From Candidatus Spyradenecus sp. (GTDB lineage: Bacteria > Verrucomicrobiota > Verrucomicrobiia > Opitutales > UBA953), in the NCBI GenBank assembly GCA_045535075.1, contig JAZSKX010000008.1, positions 1 through 24,830 of the forward strand: a stretch of DNA of 24,830 bases, written 5' to 3'. The position numbers were made by a program, and so were the translations under genes. Under the pieces are notes generated by a model. The model saw only the letters and a list, made by a program, of their open reading frames with translations. It did not search any database and was not told where the DNA came from. Below are positions 18,745-24,830 of this stretch, piece by piece (the first letter of the stretch is position 1; every line of letters starts with the position of its first letter).

Positions 18745-18817
18745 CGATTTCCTCGGCAATCCGCCCCGTCGATCCGGAATTAACCACCGTGTTTATCTGT
18801 AGGAGGGTTTTAGGCAT
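18674..18817 (-). pseudogene. 5' stub (24 codons) of the WcaC-like GT4, running into the hairpin repeat; contains the second copy of the 68-bp repeat (18750-18817)
   Basis: Manual translation MPKTLLQINTVVNSGSTGRIAEEI-DPRIALISRMKGNACYGSHLFPS*. The ATG overlaps the end of the upstream GT4. Confidence 0.85.
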
Positions 18818-19931
18818 TTCGGTACGATAACAAACCCTTTTTTAGAACCTCAATTTGGTATGCCGGATTCCAGGAAGTATCAATCTCTGCATAGCAAGCG
18901 GCGCGAATATCTTCGCGGGAACGATTTTCGGAAAACCATTTTTCAATCGAATTTGCGAGTGATTTAACGTCTCCTCGTTTGAAAAACGCTCCCGTTTTTC
19001 CGGGGCTAATCGCCTCAAATTCGGGCATCTGATTTTTAAAATCATCATGAGTAAGGCACGGGCACCCAAACATTAAGGCATGCATTGCCGTCAACCCGAT
19101 ATTACCCGGAGAAACGCACAAATCAGCGTTATATATCAACTCGGAAGTCTTGTCTTCTTCATAACAAGCTCCGTAAAACCAAACATTCTTTTCAAGTCCA
19201 AGATCCTGCGCCTTTGCCTCCAAGCGTCCCCGTGCGACTCCGTCTCCAATGAGAACCAAATTCAGATTTAATCCGCGTTCCCGCAAAGTCGCCATCGCAT
19301 CCAAAACCATATCCAAGCGCTTTGACTCAGTCAGCCGTCCGACAAAAGAAAGTGTCGAGTATTCATTCTCGAAGTATTTCCGGAAAATATTCGAAGGCTT
19401 TAATGAATTTCGCAATTTCAGCTGCTCGTCATAAGCAAGCGAATTGTGAATCGTCCAAAGTTTTTCCGGAGAAAAACCCTCCTTAATCATCAGTTCCCGC
19501 GCGTAATTCCCGTAAAGGAAAATACCGTTCCCGAGCCGAAAGAAAATCTTTTTCATGATACGCTTCACCAACGTTTCCCGCCCGTACCAACCGTGTGTCC
19601 AAAAGAAAACACGTTTTCCCGGAACCAATTTCGCCAAGGCGCAGAACACCCAAATACTTATGCAAAACGGCTCCCCGAGAACCAAATATGTGTCAAAATC
19701 TTTGAAAAGAAGCTTTAACACACCTTTTTGCCAATACCAATTCCCAGCGACTCGGCGATTTTCTAAGTATCCGAGAAATTCCTGAAATGCACTCGAATCC
19801 ATCGACTCAATATCCGAACCGCCAAGCGCTTTCTTTCCAAACGCCCATCCGCACGCAAACGTTTTTTCAATTTGATTATAAATCTCCCGCCGATAGTGCG
19901 GAGCCGTATTAAAAACACAACAAAGTTTCAT
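18810..19931 (-). CDS. Glycosyltransferase family 4
   Basis: APHYR, FWTHGWYG, FVGRLTESKRLD, LIGDG, VSPGNIGLTAMHAL, QMPEFEAI. ATG at 19931 just after the ugd stop. Confidence 0.85.
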   Translation of the reverse strand: MKLCCVFNTAPHYRREIYNQIEKTFACGWAFGKKALGGSDIESMDSSAFQEFLGYLENRRVAGNWYWQKGVLKLLFKDFDTYLVLGEPFCISIWVFCALAKLVPGKRVFFWTHGWYGRETLVKRIMKKIFFRLGNGIFLYGNYARELMIKEGFSPEKLWTIHNSLAYDEQLKLRNSLKPSNIFRKYFENEYSTLSFVGRLTESKRLDMVLDAMATLRERGLNLNLVLIGDGVARGRLEAKAQDLGLEKNVWFYGACYEEDKTSELIYNADLCVSPGNIGLTAMHALMFGCPCLTHDDFKNQMPEFEAISPGKTGAFFKRGDVKSLANSIEKWFSENRSREDIRAACYAEIDTSWNPAYQIEVLKKGLLSYRNA

Positions 19932-19938
19932 ATTACCG

Positions 19939-21171
19939 TTAGTCCCGTCTAAAAATATCGCGGGTATAGACTTTTTCCGACACATCGTCTAAACATGCGT
20001 CATAGCGATTTGCAATAATCGCATGAGACTTCGCTTTGAACTCCGCTAAATCGTTTACAACGTCACTCCCGAAAAACACGGTCCCGTTTTCTAAGGTCGG
20101 TTCGTAAATAATAATTTTCGCACCTTTCGCCTTAATGCGCTTCATAATTCCTTGTATCGCACTTTGGCGAAAGTTATCGGAGCCACTTTTCATCGTTAGC
20201 CGATAAACTCCGATAATCGTTTCGCGTTCCCGCGCAGCATCCCACTCACTTGAGCCGGTATAATATCCGGCTTTCGCCAAAACCTGATCCGCGATAAAGT
20301 CCTTGCGTGTACTGTTACTTTCCACAATTGCGCTCATCATATTTTGAGGAACATCCGCATAGTTTGCCAAAAGCTGCTTTGTATCTTTCGGCAAGCAATA
20401 TCCGCCGTAACCGAACGACGGATTGTTGTAATGCGAACCAATCCGCGGATCCAAGCCGACACCTTCAATAATTTGTCGGGAGTTCAAGCCCTTCATCACG
20501 GCATAAGTGTCCAACTCGTTAAAATAGCTTACACGTAATGCCAAATAGGTATTCGCAAACAATTTAACGGCCTCCGCTTCTGTGCTTCCCATAAAAAGCA
20601 CGGGAACGTCCGGATTGAGCGAACAATCTTTTAAAAGCACCGCAAATACCTTCGCCCGAGCTTCCACTTCCGCATCCTCCTGATCGTATCCGACAATAAT
20701 GCGTGACGGATAAAGATTGTCATAAAGTGCTCGCCCTTCCCTCAAAAACTCCGGAGCAAACAAAATATTCTTCGTTTCAAATTTCCGTTTTATTCGCTCC
20801 GTGTAGCCCACGGGAATTGTCGATTTAATGACAATCGTTGCGTCCGGATTTACGGACAAAACCTTTTGAATAACATCTTCTACGGCAGAGCAATCGAAGA
20901 AATTCTTTTGCGGGTCATAATTCGTCGGGGTTGCAACGACGACAAAATCCGCGTTCCCGTAAGCAAAACGCCAATCATCTGTCGCCCGTAAATCCAATTC
21001 TTTGGTTGCAAGGTACTTTTCTATCTCTGCATCCCGAATCGGCGACTGGCGATTATTTACCATCGCAATTCGATCCGGCACAATATCTACTGCAACGACC
21101 TTGTTTTTCTGAGCCAGCAAAACCGCAAGGCTCATTCCCACATATCCCGTTCCCGCAATTGTAATTGTCAT
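19939..21171 (-). CDS. ugd: UDP-glucose 6-dehydrogenase (copy 2)
   Basis: Same motifs as copy 1 ([23 protein letters not shown]); the two proteins are collinear and highly similar. Confidence 0.92.
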   Translation of the reverse strand: MTITIAGTGYVGMSLAVLLAQKNKVVAVDIVPDRIAMVNNRQSPIRDAEIEKYLATKELDLRATDDWRFAYGNADFVVVATPTNYDPQKNFFDCSAVEDVIQKVLSVNPDATIVIKSTIPVGYTERIKRKFETKNILFAPEFLREGRALYDNLYPSRIIVGYDQEDAEVEARAKVFAVLLKDCSLNPDVPVLFMGSTEAEAVKLFANTYLALRVSYFNELDTYAVMKGLNSRQIIEGVGLDPRIGSHYNNPSFGYGGYCLPKDTKQLLANYADVPQNMMSAIVESNSTRKDFIADQVLAKAGYYTGSSEWDAARERETIIGVYRLTMKSGSDNFRQSAIQGIMKRIKAKGAKIIIYEPTLENGTVFFGSDVVNDLAEFKAKSHAIIANRYDACLDDVSEKVYTRDIFRRD

Positions 21172-21234
21172 AATAAAATGAAAGATTTGACAACTCTAAG
21201 CATTTGAAACTACTTCCCTCACAAATATAACCCG

Positions 21235-22242
21235 TTAGCTAGAGTCACGTCCGATAGCGCGCGAGCACCTCGCCCAGACTCGAAACACAAACGTAGCTGT
21301 TCTCGGAAAATATGAAATTAGATTCATTAAAACCGAATACAATTTATACTTTGCTTTACCGGAATGCCACATATCCTTAAAAGCTACCCGATGCTGCGAT
21401 AAATCGAGATAAAAGCGATTGTAGAACTCTTTATTTTGACATGCCAAAATCATTGAAAAGGCATTTGAACAAACCTGCCCTATGTGATCACAGAAAACAG
21501 TATTCAACCGCACATCCTTGCTTATGTTACGAGCAACTTTAAATTTCTGTAAGCTGTCTGCAACGACCAAACAATCAAATGAACGCTTGGGGTTCACCAC
21601 CCGTGTAATCGAATTTGGATTGATAGTCACAAAATAGAGAAAGTGCGGATAACATATTATCGCTTCGGCAAAAAAATACGCTCTCGGAGTGAATTCATTG
21701 TCCTCATGAAAAATCCCCTCATAAAATCGCAGCTTATTTCGCCCAAGAAAATCACGATTGTAAATTGTGAAGGGAGCGCAACAGCAAATCTTATTTTCCA
21801 ATAATAGTTCCTTCCCTGTCTTTGATCCGGCGTATTCAAAAACAGCTCTCGGGACAAGCTCTTTGTCGCTAACAACCGTATTTGCATAAATCTGAACAGC
21901 ATCAATTTCCGGCTTTAAAATTTCACACAAACCGACTAAGCAATTTTCCGCAATCGTATCATCGCCATCGACAAACCAAACAAAGTCTCCGCCCGCAATT
22001 TCTAGCCCTGAATTCCTTGCGCCGGAAAGCCCGCGATTTTCCTGCGTAACAATCTGTAACTCAGGAATCTGTTTTTTTATTTTTTCAAGAATTTGAAGTG
22101 TCCCATCTTTCGAGCCGTCGTTTACAACAATAACCTCATAATCTTTCCCCAATACGAGCGTCTTTTGCTCACAGCAAGAATAAATACAACGCTCAATGTA
22201 TTTTTCAACATTGTAAGCCGGAATTATAATTGAGAGCTTCAT
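21235..22242 (-). CDS. Glycosyltransferase family 2
   Basis: SIIIPAYNVEKYI, VNDGSKD, ENRGLSGARN, WFVDGDD, HEDNEF. Confidence 0.9.
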   Translation of the reverse strand: MKLSIIIPAYNVEKYIERCIYSCCEQKTLVLGKDYEVIVVNDGSKDGTLQILEKIKKQIPELQIVTQENRGLSGARNSGLEIAGGDFVWFVDGDDTIAENCLVGLCEILKPEIDAVQIYANTVVSDKELVPRAVFEYAGSKTGKELLLENKICCCAPFTIYNRDFLGRNKLRFYEGIFHEDNEFTPRAYFFAEAIICYPHFLYFVTINPNSITRVVNPKRSFDCLVVADSLQKFKVARNISKDVRLNTVFCDHIGQVCSNAFSMILACQNKEFYNRFYLDLSQHRVAFKDMWHSGKAKYKLYSVLMNLISYFPRTATFVFRVWARCSRAIGRDSS

Positions 22243-22251
22243 AGCTAAAAT

Positions 22252-23448
22252 TTACCGATAAATGATTCCATGTGCCCACGTGCAATACCAAGAATACCAA
22301 ACGAATAAAAACGTATATGCCCCGCCTAAAACAAGCACGTTTCTAAAAGTTTTAAAATCCATAATTCCTCGCCTCCACAGCCGCGCAATAAGAATTGCGG
22401 AAGGAATTAACGCCATACTTCCAATACGCCCTCCAAATTGGTTCAATCCTCCCATCATACCCATAACCAACGAAACGATTGTCATTGCAAAATAGAAACG
22501 AAAAAGCACTTGCTCAATCTTCGAATCTTGGCCCAAATTACCATTTACAAGGACGTTCGTTATTAAGAAAAGATTCAAGACTCGACAGATTAATGCGACT
22601 CCAGACAAAAGAAAGGCACTTGGAGAAACCATCAATGCGGTAAAAATCGACAACCCAGCTTCATTTTCTAGATAAGAATTGATATGCTCTGACACACCTG
22701 CGGTACGCTCATCCAAGAAAGAAAAATCAAAAACAAAAAGCATTCCCGCTAAGAACAATGTCGCAACGACTCCTCCAGCGCCAACTACCACGATTCGGTA
22801 ATATGTTCCCCGCGCTCCAATAAAGTTTGGCAAGAAAAACAATGGAGTCGTTGCGAGTAGTCCATACATTGAACGATGAAAAAATGGTGCCTGTAACATA
22901 ATTACAATCCCTAATAAATAACTTAATGGAAGCCCCATTTTTCCCCATGGTTTAATAAGAAAAGAAAGACCAAGGAAGTAAACAGCCATTCCCAAATACA
23001 TTCTCCCCGCAGAGAAATTGACTGCAGCAAAAACAAAAACAATAAAAAAGACTAACCCACAATCAGCGCACAAACGCCTAGCAGTAAGCCCTACCAAAAA
23101 AAGAGCCCCCCACCAAACAATAACGCGAAAGTACCAGTGGTTTCCTCCGCAGAAAACAGATAAATGTTGATAAAATGCCTCAAAATGCTGCAACTCGTGC
23201 ACGTCTTGCTCAACAACAGTATTCAAAACAAATTCTATCGTATGGAAATAATCTCCCGCGCAAAAATCTGTGAGAATAAAAACACCAAAACAGCAAAACA
23301 GAAACAACGGAGATGGCGATGGGCGCAAAGGATACAAAGGACTTACATAACGATATTTATTAAAAAGAATAATAAATAAGTACCAAAAGAGAGCCCACGA
23401 CAAAAGCATTGGGGACTCTTGCAAAGGAAACGTTGGAGAAAAAATCAT
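22252..23448 (-). CDS. wzy: Polysaccharide polymerase (Wzy/EpsG-like), multi-pass membrane protein
   Basis: About 10 hydrophobic segments, GDYFH, APFFHRS motif, low GC, located between GTs. Confidence 0.7.
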   Translation of the reverse strand: MIFSPTFPLQESPMLLSWALFWYLFIILFNKYRYVSPLYPLRPSPSPLFLFCCFGVFILTDFCAGDYFHTIEFVLNTVVEQDVHELQHFEAFYQHLSVFCGGNHWYFRVIVWWGALFLVGLTARRLCADCGLVFFIVFVFAAVNFSAGRMYLGMAVYFLGLSFLIKPWGKMGLPLSYLLGIVIMLQAPFFHRSMYGLLATTPLFFLPNFIGARGTYYRIVVVGAGGVVATLFLAGMLFVFDFSFLDERTAGVSEHINSYLENEAGLSIFTALMVSPSAFLLSGVALICRVLNLFLITNVLVNGNLGQDSKIEQVLFRFYFAMTIVSLVMGMMGGLNQFGGRIGSMALIPSAILIARLWRRGIMDFKTFRNVLVLGGAYTFLFVWYSWYCTWAHGIIYR

Positions 23449-23465
23449 AATGAAAATAAAACTTT

Positions 23466-24500
23466 TTAATTCTTAGAAAAAAAACAGAACGTTGCACCAC
23501 GTTCCACCTTTGCACTGTAATACCACCCTGGTAGAAGGATTGAAATTTTCGCCAATCCCCACAACATCCGTCGCGGGAACGAAATAAATTTGAAGTCTTC
23601 AGAACGAAACGTTGTTTTTCGAATCCAATTCTGAACAATCCGTTTCCCGACTCTATTAGATTTAAAAATTTTATAAAAAAGTGGCATCACAAAACAGAAA
23701 ATCTGAGCCCCTATAATTGGAGAAACATTTGGAAACGATTCTCTATATTCCAACAAATCATCAGTTACGACACAATGATCATGAAAAAATTTCATGAGAT
23801 TCACGTCAATCGTATGCATCGACGAGCACTCGACAGGACGATAGTTATAAAACGCAATCCCTGTATTTAAAACTCTTCTCGAATGAAACAAATACTTTAG
23901 CACCCATGAACGATCTTCCGCATATTTTATCCCCAACAGGAATTGCAAATTTTTCTCAATGATAATGTTTCGCCTAAAACCAGCCAGCCAGACAGACAGA
24001 CAGGTAAAACCTCCCTGCTGGACAAACTCCGTTATCGTCAGCCCTCCTACTTTTATTCGGTTCATTTTCCCAACCATCGCCCCAACCACGATGTCAATCG
24101 AAGAATCTACAGTATCGACACACTCTAAAAATTCAGAAAACTTATCGCTTTCCACCCAATCGTCGGAGTCGACAAACGCAATCCACTCACCGCGAGCGTT
24201 ATCCAAACCCAAATTACGCGCAGAAGAAACCCCTCCGTTTTCTTTGTGGAAGACGCGGATGCGGGAATCGCGGGCGGCGTAGTCGTCGCAGATTTTTCCG
24301 GAGTTGTCGGGGGAACCGTCGTCAACGAGGATGAGCTCAAAATCCGTAAACGTCTGCGCAAGAACGCTTTCGATACATTCCGGCAAATACTTCTCCACCT
24401 TGTACACGGGAACAATCACCGAAACCTTCGGCAGCGTGGAGGGTAACCCCTCTCCCCGCGAAGATAAATCCGTGCGCATTTCTGTTAAATTTTCATTCAT
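23466..24500 (-). CDS. Glycosyltransferase family 2
   Basis: VSVIVPVYKVEKYL, LVDDGSPD, ENGGVSSARN, FVDSDD, AED. Exact start uncertain. Confidence 0.9.
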   Translation of the reverse strand: MNENLTEMRTDLSSRGEGLPSTLPKVSVIVPVYKVEKYLPECIESVLAQTFTDFELILVDDGSPDNSGKICDDYAARDSRIRVFHKENGGVSSARNLGLDNARGEWIAFVDSDDWVESDKFSEFLECVDTVDSSIDIVVGAMVGKMNRIKVGGLTITEFVQQGGFTCLSVWLAGFRRNIIIEKNLQFLLGIKYAEDRSWVLKYLFHSRRVLNTGIAFYNYRPVECSSMHTIDVNLMKFFHDHCVVTDDLLEYRESFPNVSPIIGAQIFCFVMPLFYKIFKSNRVGKRIVQNWIRKTTFRSEDFKFISFPRRMLWGLAKISILLPGWYYSAKVERGATFCFFSKN

Positions 24501-24829
24501 GAGTTATTTTTAAGAGATCTTTCCAAAAATTCGCGGGAGCGGGATTGCTCGCGGGAACGGATCGCGTTGATTTTTTCCCAATCGATTTTCTCGGAGATGA
24601 GAGCAAAAATGCGTTCCCGCAATGCCGCAGAATTCGCATCGAGCAAAACAAGGCGATTTTCCAAGCCGAATGTTTTCAGCAAAGAACGGAAGCGCGACAT
24701 TCCGCGCGAAGCATTCCCGATCGCAATAAACGGCTTGTTGAAAATAATCGAAAACACACAGCCGTGGAACGAATCCGTCACCACAAATTCCGCATCGCGG
24801 AAACCACGTAGCCACGCGCTCACGGGAGG
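24497..24829 (-). CDS. Polysaccharide pyruvyltransferase family protein, 3' part (starts outside the window)
   Basis: PPVSAWLRGFRDAEFVVTDSFHGCVFSIIFNKPF...RGMSRFRSLL; frame open to the window edge. Confidence 0.85.
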   Translation of the reverse strand, partial: PPVSAWLRGFRDAEFVVTDSFHGCVFSIIFNKPFIAIGNASRGMSRFRSLLKTFGLENRLVLLDANSAALRERIFALISEKIDWEKINAIRSREQSRSREFLERSLKNNS

Positions 24830-24830
24830 A

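Overview
Bacterial surface-polysaccharide locus of the Wzx/Wzy type (capsule or O-antigen). The host is not identifiable with certainty. The central feature is a ~2.1-kb segment (6369-8454) bounded by two identical 29-bp inverted repeats with the shape of a tyrosine-recombinase core site. It carries a tyrosine recombinase and an IS200-like HUH (Y1) transposase with multi-hairpin ends. Two divergent sugar-pathway operons start right outside the repeats. The left one has an epimerase remnant, ugd, a UDP-glucuronate 4-epimerase and a CapM/PglA-like GT4. The right one has fnlA-fnlB-GxxExxY-fnlC-wbuC-wbuB (UDP-L-FucNAc synthesis and transfer). The repeat itself appears to be a split sigma70 promoter: TTGCTT-N18-TAGGCT at the left copy, AAGCTT-N18-TAGGCT at the right. 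Inversion would therefore move the only good -35 box from one operon to the other, a candidate either/or glycan phase switch. The right part of the window is a minus-strand cluster (pyruvyltransferase family, GT2, Wzy/EpsG, GT2, second ugd, GT4, GT4). It is interrupted by a hairpin-flanked AlbA_2/HATPase gene with a 68-bp duplication of the downstream GT 5' end, and followed by an orphan HipA/YjjJ kinase. A partial wzx, an AAA_14/DUF4143 ATPase and a GbsR/MarR regulator lie at the left end. A family of 9-10-nt-periodic intergenic hairpins and a roughly 20-fold over-represented heptamer (CGGGAAC) are also present. All gene calls come from recognised motifs, not database searches.
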